Of a stretch of 64,000 bases of DNA, positions 38,726-49,991 are shown piece by piece (position 1 is the first letter of the stretch; every line of letters starts with the position of its first letter). The notes under the pieces are model-generated. The model saw only the letters and a program-made list of their open reading frames with translations. It ran no database searches and was not told where the DNA came from. Source of the DNA: Podarcis melisellensis (Eukaryota). A program made the translations under genes and the position numbers. The DNA is taken from the NCBI GenBank assembly GCA_964234715.1, contig OZ174284.1. One strand, given 5' to 3'.

Positions 38726-39711
38726 TTAGTCCTCCAGATGTTGGACTTCACCTTTCATCATCCCTCGCCCTTGGCTGTACCAGCTGCGGCTGGTGGGAGT
38801 TGGAGTCCTACAACATCTGGAAGGATCCCCTTACTCTCATCTGGCGAATCCCTCCTACATATTCAAAACCTTGGTTAAGACACAGAGAAGAGGATCAAGC
38901 CATGCCATATCCTAGATAGCTGCTTTTCCAGCTATGTAGCTCAAAAGAAGAAGTGCTTTTAGTATTGGGAGCTTGGCATGATTTAACTGATTTTATATAA
39001 TTTTAGCTGTGCCCCATTTGTTGATATTGTTGGTCTGTGTGCTGTGGGTAAACAGGGATCAACACTGTTCCCATAAGATTTCCTGGCTATTGTGCCAGGC
39101 ACTCTCAAAACCTCCTGAGAGCACCCTTCTGTATAATAGGTCCCTCGCAATACAGCTGAACAGTGAATAGGTGAAATTACAAGAAAAGTAGCCTTCTACA
39201 ATATTATTCTGAGGGTTATGATAACTGAAGAGCCCTCAGCAGTCATAGAAGGTTTAAGCCAATATGCTCCTCTTCATCTTCTGGGCAAGACTGAGACAGA
39301 ACTTGTCTATCTGTCTTTCTGTGTCTATATGCAAGGAAATATTTCTCTCTCTTTTTTTTAAACAACCCTGAAATGTTTAACAAATCTGGTTACAGTTTAG
39401 CATGCACTGAATTATGTCAAACATTAAAGAGTTGTTTCAGCTAGCAGTGCTCCAGCTGTGGACTAGTTACCAAACAACCCATCCTTTTAAGCAATGATTT
39501 CTTGGATAAGGCAAGAACAGTCACTTGGATTTAGATGGAAGAAGAATTTTCTTTGAGTTATACCAACCATGGTCTGGAGAAAAGAAAGTCAAAGGCATTA
39601 CTTGCTTCTGATAATTTGGAATAGAATTAAAGTAATAATATTCTCATTGATATCTCCCATGGAAGGATCTTAAATATTGGACAAAGACTAGGAAGAACAC
39701 CTACTTTCAAG

Positions 39712-39763
39712 ATAGAATCATAGAGTTGGAAGAGACCACAAGGGCCATCGAGTCCAACCTCCT
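39712..39763 (-). mobile_element. very short 5'-truncated CR1 3' end
   Basis: atagaatcatagagttggaagagaccacaagggccatcgagtccaacc, identical to the end of the 56094 CR1. Confidence 0.8.
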
Positions 39764-40461
39764 GATAATCCCATCACTTGATTCCTTCATGGTCAGTCTC
39801 TAGAATGAACAACTGCCGAAGATTGTTTTCTGAAATTTTAATTGGCACTTCTTTTCTACATCAATATGGTAATACAAGACAAGGTTTGAAAAACTTCAGC
39901 AGGTCAGATAGATTAAACTTGTCTACTTGAGAAAATACAGTAGAGACAGGCCTGGGCTGAGTGAAGGAGTCCTTAGTAGATCCAAGAGGGACTCTTATTA
40001 GGATTGTAATGCTTTGTAGTGGATAAAGGAAGGGGAGTGAGTACAGCATTAATTGGTGATAGTAGCTTTCAACATGCAGAGCAGTTTCACCAATGCAGTG
40101 TAAGCTTCTAGGCAAGATAGGGTAAACACTTGTATATTACATCCCACCCCCCACTAAAATGAAATGCACTCCCACAAAAGTCAGCCAATGTTTGCACGAA
40201 ATGTCCATGTGTGCACGCACACGCACACTCCAGCTCACCATACTAGGAAAGACTGGCTAGGCGACCTGTTTGCGCCCTGCTGTGTAGGGGCTGGATCCTG
40301 TTCTCCCTTCTTATGGTTCTTCATTCTTAAACCAGGTTGAGACCAGACAGCCCATCAGATGGTTCACTGCCAGCCCTCCAAATAGCCTGCTGTGCTCTGT
40401 AAGTGGAGCCCACGGCCATCCTAAGGGGAAGAATTGACTGCAGGGTAGAGGCATGGAATAC

Positions 40462-40644
40462 CTTTGGAATCCTTGGTTACTGCATCCTGCCAGAGCCCCA
40501 GGGTATGCGCAACTGTAGAGGGCAGAGGTGCGATATTGAAGCCTGCGATTCTGCTTCATTTTCCCAAAGCGAGTCCTGCTTTTCCCCATCTCCTGTTTAG
40601 CTGAGTTTCCTCTCCCAACTTTGAATTTCCTTCTCGGTCGTTGC
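40462..40644 (-). CDS. SUSD3-like gene, exon 4 (basic cytoplasmic segment)
   Basis: Acceptor attttctcatattccag|G, donor AG|gtattc; 183 nt, phase 2-2, open: QRPRRKFKVGRGNSAKQEMGKSRTRFGKMKQNRRLQYRTSALYSCAYPGALAGCSNQGFQ. Confidence 0.75.
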
Positions 40645-41620
40645 CTGGAATATGAGAAAATGTGCTACATTTGTCCTAGTTTATCAAGGTATTCACTACG
40701 TTTACAATGGCAACATATATTTCAGGACAGGAGAGGTTACTGGATCAGGCCAGTGGCCTGTTTAGTCCAGCATCCTGTCTTTCGGGTGCCTGTCCTGCAG
40801 ATTCTAGCCCTTTCCTTCAGTTGGATATCAATACCATCACTGAAATGTTCTTCTTGTTAAAATGTCCTTTCCAGAAGAGTGAATAAATGAAAACAAAAGG
40901 TTTCCTTCCCTTTGCTATGATGTAATCAAGCTTCAGAGTCTATTTAACAGCATTAAGCTCCTAAGAGGGGTTTTTGTGGTGGGACATTTAATTGGTTCTT
41001 TCAAAGTGGAGTTTCGTTTGGAAAATCCTGCTAGTCCGGTTCCCCCCCCCCCAAAAAAATGGATGCCTTCCCTCAGTAGTACACCTAAAAGAGAAAAGTC
41101 TATGTGGGTTATGAGGTATATCTTTATCGCTTCTACTAAACCAGAGGAGGCTTGGGCTGTTTTAACAATATGGCAATGTGTGCTGCAGAAGAAGGTCCCT
41201 GGGTGCCCTTTTTCAATACTACTTTAGCGTTTGCTTTCACAAAATGACTAGTAAGATTTTTCTGCCCCGTAGAATTTGAACACACACAGGCAAATGCAAA
41301 ACTACAATGCAGATGCCAAAAAAATTACAATTAATTAGAAAGAAGTGACAGATTGGTGGGTGTAAACAACAGAGTTGTTAAACAAACAAACAAACAAACA
41401 AACACCCCCACGTTTTCCCTTTAGGTGGGAAATGGCTTCCATCAGGCCTTGTTATGAGTTCTGTCAGTGAATGAGAAAGTATTTGGAGACCCCCAAATTA
41501 TGAAATGTAGTAAAAACACAAAAGCAGTCTTTAAATCTATACCATGTCTGACAGCAAGTAGTTGACGCTGTGTGCTTAGGCAACAGCATATTCCAGTCCT
41601 TCACTTTTACACCGTTTCTG

Positions 41621-41828
41621 TCATAGAATCGTAGAGTTGGAAGGGATTTCAAGAGTCATCAAACCCAACCCTCTGCAATGCAGGAATCTCAACTAATGCA
41701 TCCCTGACAGATGGCCATCCAACCTCTGCTTAAAACCTCCAATGAAAGTGAGTCCACCGTATTCTGAGGGAGTCTGTTTCACTGTTAAACAGCTCTTACT
41801 GCCAGAAAGTTCTTCCTGATGTTTAGTC
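41621..41828 (-). mobile_element. CR1 LINE 3' fragment
   Basis: tcatagaatcgtagagttggaaggg tail and acagctcttactgccagaaagttcttcctgatg, homologous to 56094-56300. Confidence 0.85.
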
Positions 41829-42302
41829 ATTCTGCATTCACGTATGTGTGTGGGGGGGATGACTTTCATACTCTCAATGTGGGGATTATAGTTTGGAGTG
41901 TGTGGCTTTTGGTTTACTCCTCTTGTGGTACAGGAAACAACAACATAAAGCCGATTTGTCTACCACCTGGCCCTGCCTTCACCTGCCTAGGGCCTACCTG
42001 CTGTTTTGGACCACATTTCCCATCAGCTCCTGCTAACCCATCTTCAAATTAGAGAAGGTTTTAGATTTGACCCCTTGGCCTGCAGATGGCAGCACTAGCT
42101 TAGTAATTTGCTCAGTAACTCAGAAGAAGTTTGATGCAGGAGAAATATACGATAAAATGCACCCCTCTCACGGTGTAACACTTTGCAATGCAAGAGAAAA
42201 AGTGATTGAGAGTAGCAATGGAACTACAACAGAATCTAGAATTTTCCCAGGCTTATGGTCATATTCAATACAGCACTAAAGTGAACATTCCCCCAGTGCA
42301 TA

Positions 42303-42543
42303 CACTGGTGGAGGAAGAGGGATGCGGGGGGAGCGTCACACCCCCGGTAGTGCAATCCCGGTGGGGTGCCATTGCTGCTCCCCTCCCACTGGGCACCACA
42401 CCCCCACAGACGGGACACCACACCCCCAGGATGTGCACCACGCCCCTGGGATGCGCGCCAGCCATGGCCCCGTCTGCTCTCCATGCCCCCGCCTGCTCTC
42501 CATGCCCCCCCCCCCCGCGCCAGAATATGAAGCTCCACCACTG
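42303..42543. mobile_element. GC-rich hAT/Tip100-like MITE
   Basis: TIRs cactggtggag / ctccaccactg; sharp GC-rich island; degenerate 8-bp flanks. Confidence 0.7.
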
Positions 42544-42642
42544 AGTCCAGGGTGTGTGCAGAGGAAAGAGATCGGGGAATCTTGTGCTAGTGCAGAAAAA
42601 AATATATTTGACTACTGCCCTTAGTGTTTTAAGGCTGCTGAA

Positions 42643-42742
42643 ATCATAGAATCATAGAATTGTGGAGTTGGAAGGGACCTCAAGGGTCATTTAGTACAAC
42701 CCCCTGGAATACAGGATTCTCAGCTAAAGCATCCATGACAGA
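42643..42742 (-). mobile_element. CR1 3' end fragment
   Basis: atcatagaatcatagaat octamer tail plus gagttggaagggacc. Confidence 0.8.
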
Positions 42743-43497
42743 AAATAGAGCACAACATTCTTGCCATGACACACACTCTCTCTCTGTATATATATCCTTT
42801 GCAAATACCTCATTCTACCAGAGATGTGATGGGTTTGGTTAATATGAGACCCTTCTCTGTGAGTACTACAAACAAACTACAGGGAGGAACCAGAGGTGTT
42901 ATATTGGCACAGTGACTGAGTCTATTAGAGCATACATGCATAGTATTCAGGAAAAGGGTAAGCACTTGAATGATATATTTTGATGGTTGTACATTTATAT
43001 AGCTGTCTCATAGGGAACATATAACCATCAAGGACTATGTATATTTTCTCAGAAGGAAGTCCTACTGTACTTAGTGGGATTTATTATGCCCATAAAGGTG
43101 GGATAGGAAGCCAAGAGCAGTGTGGTGCTGCTCTAATACTCCTAATCCATATGGCAAATCTTGCAAGGGATTGAGAAGAGCAAACATGTAGATTGTAGAG
43201 ACTCATTTTAAAACTGGGCTCCATTTCTTAACCAGCAGAGGGAGCTTCATTCTATACACACCATAATACGCTGGACAAATGCTTAAATAAATGTCCTGCC
43301 AAAAGCCTATTGCACTGGATCCAGCCTCGTTGGTTGCAGAAAGGGAACTTGCTTTTCACAGTCTACCCAAAACCCAAAGATACGTGTTCTTGGATGAGGG
43401 CCCAGCCCTGCCCCTTCCTCTCCCCAAGTCTGGAAAAAGTGTAGGAAGGGATGTGGGGCCCTTGCAACTGATCAAACTGCTTTGAATCACTGGAGTG

Positions 43498-43986
43498 CAT
43501 AGGCGCCGACTCCATGGGGCCTGAGGGGGCCCGAGCCCCCTCAAAAATTCGTTAGGGGGGGCTCCGCCCCCCCAATAATTTAAGAAAATTATTAGTTATA
43601 TTATGCTTTGTAAAATCACAAAATTATGTTGGTATTTTTTATTTTCCTTGTTTGACGATAGTTACCTTTTAAAATACATTCAGTAATGAGTTAAAACAAA
43701 GCCACTCCCGATCTAGAGAGGGGGTGGGGTTGTGGGCTCTCGACCCATCAACAATCTCGCGGGGATTCCCTCTAGCTCATTAATATTCACCGCCCACGGC
43801 GGCAGCCAATCGGCTGCCGCAAAGGGCGGGCGCTCACAGGTTCACTTAAGGTCGGGGCAGCCCGGGGGCTCGCCCCTTTCGTTCCCCCAGCAGCAGCGGT
43901 TTGGCGGTCTTGGGCCCCCCCAATATTTTTTATAAGTTGGTATGGGCCCCCGCCCCCCCAATATTTTTTATAAGTCGGCGCCCCTG
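43498..43986. mobile_element. young hAT/Tip100-like MITE with perfect 8-bp TSD
   Basis: TSD ctggagtg at 43490-43497 and 43987-43994; TIRs cataggcgccgact / agtcggcgcccctg; CpG-rich. Confidence 0.92.
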
Positions 43987-44553
43987 CTGGAGTGGTAAAA
44001 TAGCTCATGAAGCTGGACCTCAAAATGTAAGTGAGGGCTTGGCTCTGGAAACACCTGCTAGTTGGCTGCTGAATTCATCAGCCACCACCCTTGGGACTAC
44101 CTGCCACAAATATTATTTTTGCCGAATGGACTGTTTTTTGAACAAGCCAATCTGATCCCCAGACTTGCTCCCTTTCCTGAGCTCCTGTAGCTGCCAATGA
44201 TTACTCAACCAAGTTTCAGCCACCATCTTTCCTAATGTTCCCATGCATTCCTGCCATGCCATGCCATCGCATGTACATAATGCTTACCCAATTTAAGTAT
44301 GGAGCGCTTTCTTATGGGCACATGCCAACGGAACGGGTTAGCAGTGGATTCCCTCAGAAGCAACAATCAAAGGGTGCAAGGGCACAATTAATGGGGGAGA
44401 TATGGAAGAGGGGCCCCAGTCATTGGGAAAGGAGAGAACCATCTGTGCCAAATTTTGCTCATTTGAGAGAGGAAGGGAGTTAATTTTAATAAGCTATTGA
44501 GGATCAGGAGTTGGATGAATGAACCTAACCAGAGATATCCAAGTTAGCAATCA

Positions 44554-44556
<3 letters not shown>

Positions 44557-44599
<43 letters not shown>
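44557..44599. repeat. (TA)n microsatellite
   Basis: Directly visible. Confidence 0.95.
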
Positions 44600-44603
<4 letters not shown>

Positions 44604-44714
44604 ACACCTGCCCCTGACAAATTTGTGTTTTCCTACTTAGAGATACTGCAGGGCACAGATGAGGGGAAAATGGGTGGTGTAAGAATAGCTACTTTGCTGC
44701 TTTGGGGCAAAGTA

Positions 44715-44915
44715 CAGTGGTACCTCGGGTTACAGACGCTTCAGGTTACAGACTCCGCTAACTCAGATATAGTACCTCAGGTTAAGAACTTTGCTTCAGG
44801 ATGAGAACAGAAATTGCGCAGCGGCTGGAGGCCCCATTAGCTAAATTGGTACCTCAGGTTAAGGTTTCATAAGGACCTCCAGAACGAATTAAGTTCTTAA
44901 CCTGAGGTACCACTG
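44715..44915 (+). mobile_element. Tc1/pogo (Tigger-like) MITE, family copy 1
   Basis: TA|cagtggtacctcgggtta ... taacctgaggtaccactg|TA. Confidence 0.9.
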
Positions 44916-45446
44916 TACGATATTCTCACAGGATCTTGGCATGCACGTGGGGAAAGTTACTGACAGCATGCAACTTCCATAGCCACAGTTTCCAGAGCTA
45001 AAAGACTTCACACTGAAAACATAATCTTCCCAGCGCAGTCAGATGCTTAAGAAACAAACATGTCTCCCTCTCACTAATAGTCAATGTGGTGCCCTCAATA
45101 TGTTGTTGCACCCCAACTTCCCAACCAGTTGTCAGGGAGAGGATGGCAGGAACTACACGGACAATTCCTGCTCTCTATAGGTTGATAAAGTCTAATAAGA
45201 GAGTTGTACCTATTACCTGCCTAGAGATTTTTCAGTGGGCTCTAATAAAAACATTGCCAATCTGAATGGAAAGCAGACTGAGGGCTAAGCTGCACTCCTT
45301 TCTTTAATTTGTTTGGCTCAGTCTTGGATATCTGGCCATTCCTCATCGAACAGCCTTAGTGGTGGAGTCATTTCTCACGTGAGGGCCTAATCATGGTGGT
45401 GAATGGGCCTGACTGAGGTTACAGGCGGAATCTAGTCAATACTTAC

Positions 45447-45603
45447 CCTCCTCCGGTGTCACTGCTTTGTTCTTTTGCCCTCAACATCCTGTCTTGCAGA
45501 CAACAAACAGCGAAGGAGATTGACATGGTAACAATGATCACTCCACTGATGAGAGAGGCGATTACTGCCACCCGGAAACCTTTGTCCAGGGGCTTTGGGA
45601 TCA
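45447..45603 (-). CDS. SUSD3-like gene, exon 3 (transmembrane helix)
   Basis: Acceptor tttgtttttgtcaccttag|TG, donor GG|gtaagt; 157 nt, phase 1-2; VIPKPLDKGFRVAVIASLISGVIIVTMSISFAVCCLQDRMLRAKEQSSDTGG resembles the SUSD3 TM ([27 protein letters not shown], from recall). Confidence 0.9.
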
Positions 45604-45834
45604 CTAAGGTGACAAAAACAAAGCATGCTTGTTATGAGTCACTGTAAATGGCATTAACTGAAGGGCACCTGGAATATTGCCAGTTCACTCCTTAGTTTTT
45701 CCATTTAGAATCTTTATTTTTGAGGAGAGATTGATCTGAAAAGATGCATACTTTCTTGATCCACATTTGAACAGCGCAATATTCTGTTCATACAAAGCCC
45801 AGCAATTCAGAAATAAGTTTAACCAGTAGCTTAC

Positions 45835-46023
45835 CTTCACAGTGAGGTGGGGGGTGACTCCAGTAAAAGATGCTTCCTTCTAGCAAACAGGTCAGTTTTC
45901 GTTTGCCCACAAGCTGATAGCCTTCTTTGCACCAGTATGTGACCACTGAACCCAGGGAGCTGCCAGAGCCTTCTTCGGTATAATAAAACCCATAGCTTGG
46001 AGGGAGGAGAGCTGTGCACTGAG
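45835..46023 (-). CDS. SUSD3-like gene, exon 2 (sushi/CCP domain)
   Basis: Acceptor ccctgtgtctgttgcag|CT, donor G|gtaagc; 189 nt, phase 1-1 as typical for CCP modules; QCTALLPPSYGFYYTEEGSGSSLGSVVTYWCKEGYQLVGKRKLTCLLEGSIFYWSHPPPHCE has 4 Cys plus the conserved W. Confidence 0.93.
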
Positions 46024-46189
46024 CTGCAACAGACACAGGGAAACTAAATATGGGTTATCTGAAGAACACATCTGTATGAATCAATGGCATTGGCAGCTCA
46101 GGTCTGCAAATGAGGTTCTGCAAAGTGACTTGTGCAGCAGCAGCTTTTGTCTGCATGGGAGCTGCTGTAATGTGATGGCATCACAAGAG

Positions 46190-46425
46190 GGTGAATTGAT
46201 GGAGGATAAGGCTATCAGTGACTACTAGTCATGATGGCTACATGCCAGCACCAGGATCAGATGCAGCGTGCCTTGAATGCTGGTTGCTGGAGAACAACAG
46301 GGGGAGAGGGCTGTTGTCCTCTTGTGTATCTGATTGGCTGCTCTGGTAAACTTTATGCTGGGTTAGATAGGTTTTTGAATCAGACTCAGGAAAGTGGCTC
46401 TTATAACTTGGTGCTTCTCATGTTG
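46190..46425 (+). mobile_element. degraded CR1-related 3' fragment
   Basis: atggaggataaggctatcagtgactactagtcatgatggcta ... atgctgggttagatagg, resembling an older reptilian CR1 3' end; approximate. Confidence 0.5.
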
Positions 46426-48441
46426 AATTGTATGTATGAAAGAAGGGTACTCCATTAAAAAAGTGGGTGTTTTGTATTGTTCAGCTGTGCAAACTGTCCA
46501 TCCTATAATAAGCAAAGCCAGATGTGTTGAATTTGTGCATTCAATCTCTTCTCTCCATACACCACATTTTAAAGCAAGGGATGGAAATCAGGGCAGATGG
46601 TAAGGTCTGAAGTGTTCCCAGGAAAATGCTGGTTTTTCATTATTGTACTTGCTGCCTCTTGAGGGTAAGTATGGTTCAGTGCTCATAAGAGGGTTAGCAA
46701 ATTCCTTCAGGCTGGAAACTAAGCAGTAAGTACGGATTTGGCATCCAGTGTAACTGGGACAACACAGTTCCTGTGTCTACTCAGAAGTAAGTCTCACTAA
46801 GTTCAATAGAATTTGCTCCTAGGTAAGTGTGTGTAGAATTGCAGTCTAAAACAACGGAACTGGCTGGCTTTGAAAATGTAGTGGTAAACAGCTCACCTAA
46901 GGCTAAATGCTTAGTTTCTCAAACTGGCATCCTTTTGCTAGGCTACTTGTTTGTCTCTACTGAGAGGCCATGGTTAGTTTGGGAAAAAGGCATAGACAGC
47001 CAGATCTCTGCAGAGGACCAGAAGAAAATTTGGCAAAGCTATGCCATGAAGGTAAATTTGCCTAGAGTTCATCTCAGTCCACATTAAAATTAGTGCACCA
47101 GAAGCACCTGCCACTTCTAAGGCTTGTTTGTTTGTTTATTAAATTTGTTTACTGCCCCATTCTCATAGATCCCAGGGAGGCTCACAGCATAAACTTCCTT
47201 CACTTTGGAGTTGGAGAAAACTTGGACCTCAAAGTTTACACTACAGCTTGTTGTAGAGCAGTCTGATGGACTCAGGCATACAATATTAACAAAATAATAC
47301 AGATAATTTGTCTCCCAATCACAAGCCTTTTCAACCAGACATACCTCATAACAGTAACAGCAACACTGGAGGCAGCAGGATTCAATAGGGTTTAGGGCGG
47401 TTCTCCAGTGGCATAAGTGAAGTACCAGGACCGTGTGATCAATGGCTTCTCTAAATCAGGTATCTTTAACATGTAATGGTTTCCATTCATTGCATTCATT
47501 AACAACAATTCATCAATATAAATATACACCTCTCATCATTTTTGGACTGGACATGTTTCTACATTGTGCATTGATTTCATTCTAATGTGGACAACATATT
47601 CGTGCCTACTCCTTTATAGTTTTTATGCCATTCTATTATACTTTGCTGATCTTTAAAAATCCTCTAAAAACACTTCAATAAACAGTTTTTAAATAAATAA
47701 ACATACTATGTATAGTGCAAGGGAGAGAGAGGGACCTGTTCACCAATTCCCCACTAAGTGCCCCCTTTCCCTGCAATTGCCTTACAGAGAAAACAACTAA
47801 AATCACGAATCCTAAGTTTTCCTCCTAAGATAATGTTATCCCCTTGGTACCAGCTCTGCTCCTCCCAAAATGTTTGTCAAACTACCAATATCCCCACCCC
47901 CCAGGAGGGGAGAAGATGTAATGATGCACAGTATAAAAGAAATATTTTTGCTCAAAAAAGAGAAGGAAATTCAAAGAACATCTAGAACATATGTGGATCA
48001 AGATCTTAGTTGAAGATGCCATAGTGTGCTTCCTAGTGAATTTGCACCATGCTTACAAAACAACACACTTGTACTTGACATTTACTAGCACAGAATAATT
48101 GCCACCACATCCCTCAACATTTATATGCACTAAAGTAGGTTAAATTCTTCATACCACTTATATGTGTGCATTGAGTCTGAGAGAAAAAAATCCATAGCTT
48201 TGATCCTCAGTGACGCTTAAGAGTTAACGTTGTGGTTTTTGTAGCAGTTAATATGACCGAGTGGTTAAACCGGGATGCTAAGGGGCAAGTAATGAGTGAC
48301 CTAGTAATGAGCCCCTTGAGCGATGGTAGGAAGAATACCCTTTTGATAGCAAGTTGTGTGTATTAGACACACAAGATGTGACTTTTGGCTGAAGATCTGA
48401 GGACACAAACACACACTTAAACACAAGACGTTTCAGAGTAC

Positions 48442-48619
48442 CTGAAAGGTTGCCTTGAACAATGGTCCCATTTCCAGCATCTCTAAGAAATTTCTTTACA
48501 CCAGCTTCCTCTGCAGGGATGGTGGTCAAGGATTCCAGAGCTTCACTCAAGGTAAACTCTAGGCAACTCCAGGCTAGTAGGCAGAGGGCTGCATGTTCCT
48601 GGGATGGTTGCTTCTTCAT
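48442..48619 (-). CDS. SUSD3-like gene, exon 1 (ATG, putative signal peptide, N-glycosylated stalk)
   Basis: ATG 48619 (G at -3); MKKQPSQEHAALCLLAWSCLEFTLSEALESLTTIPAEEAGVKKFLRDAGNGTIVQGNLS; donor G|gtactc gives the phase 1 needed by the sushi exon; NGT and NLS sequons; donor is weak. Confidence 0.62.
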
Positions 48620-48821
48620 ATCTTGAGGCTTTGCTGTGGCATCCTGGAGTTCTCCCAAGAATATTGAATGTATGTGTGCATGTTTTCCCCTTCTTCACTC
48701 AAAATCTGACCTGGCAGCAGTAAGCTGGATTTGAGGTCTTTAAGCCTTGAGGAGGAAAGCCTGTTTGTTCCCCAGAGACCAGCTGCCATTTCACCAAATC
48801 TTACAAGACTGAAGGAACCTA

Positions 48822-49059
48822 CAATGGTACCTTGGGTTAAGTACTTAATTCGTTCCGGAGGTCCGTTCTTAACCTGAAACCGTTCTTAACCTGAAGCACC
48901 ACTTTAGCTAATAGGGCCTCCTGTTGCCACCGTGCTGCCGGAACACGATTTTTGTTCTCATCCTGAAGCAAAGTTCTTAACCCGAGGTAATATTTCTGGG
49001 TTAGCGGAGTCTGTAACCTGAAGTGTATGTAACCTGAAGCATATGTAACCTGAGGTACC
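48822..49059 (-). mobile_element. Tc1/pogo MITE, family copy 2 (one end lost in a microsatellite)
   Basis: Reverse complement of the 44715 and 50803 elements; TA at 48820-48821. Confidence 0.88.
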
Positions 49060-49060
49060 T

Positions 49061-49127
<67 letters not shown>

Positions 49128-49128
49128 A
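49061..49128. repeat. (C)n(CT)n(CA)n compound microsatellite
   Basis: Directly visible. Confidence 0.95.
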
Positions 49129-49730
49129 AATATCTCTTTGAATTGTCTTCCTCTGCCCTCACCATGCATGTACATTCATTTTTTCTTGCATGCTCCCCCC
49201 CCCCCAAAGATAAAATACAATGATGTCCTGTTCCAGTGTTGGCTCAGTGACCAGTTTCTCCTATGGGGAAACCAGGGCTAATAAAAGTAAAGATGAATAC
49301 AGTGTGCATGCAAAACATTTGGGAGGCCTCTTATACATGCTAAATAGTGCTGGTGCTCTTATTCAAGATAAATCATCTGTAATGACTTCTCTGCATATAA
49401 GGAGTGTTAATGCCATAACTATAATTACTTCACTGTGGATTGCAGGGAGGCAAATGGATGGCCTTTCTGCAAGTATTCACTTTGCTTCTTTCCTTTCTCT
49501 GTCAGTGTATCATGCACGGCCATTTGTTTGTTTGTTCTCTTGTGTTTTTGTTCATTCTCAAAAATTTCAATGAGCATAAATGCATGTGTGAGAGAGACAG
49601 AGAGAGAGAGAGGGATGCTCTTCTGACAAATAGCCAGGTTGCCATGCTAAGCATGTTTGGGTGTGTTAGAAACCAGCCAGGTGAAGAAGCCATTGCTATT
49701 GCATTCTGTTGCTCCACAGGGTAGGGCCTG

Positions 49731-49991
49731 AATCAGTGGGTTCAAATTGCAAGTGGATTTCAGCTTAGCATTAGGAAGAACTTCCTGGCAGCTCAAGCCT
49801 GTTTGACAGTGGGACAGACGGCCTCAGGATGCATTGGACTCTATTTTTGTTAGAGGTTTTAAAGTGAAGACTGGATGGGCCCCCTGACATTTCAGGGGTG
49901 CAGTAGCAATGAGTATCCTTCATCAGCCACAGGGGCGGGGGTTGGACTAGGTTACTCTCGAGGTCCCTTCCGATTCTACAATTCTATTATC
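49731..49991 (+). mobile_element. CR1 LINE 3' fragment
   Basis: cattaggaagaacttcctg ... gttggactag ... ggtcccttccgattctacaattctat. Confidence 0.75.

Noticed and set aside
42206-42624. Cluster of GC-rich ORFs or a CpG-island promoter (also 43732-44155)
   Set aside because: Fully explained by TIR-bounded MITEs
43356-43429. Strong minus-strand acceptor (tcccttcctacactttttccag) as exon 4 of the SUSD3-like gene
   Set aside because: In the required phase 2 it gives only LGERKGQGWALIQEHVSLGFG-stop; the 40644 and 38405 exons give a longer coherent frame. It could at most be a minor cryptic exon
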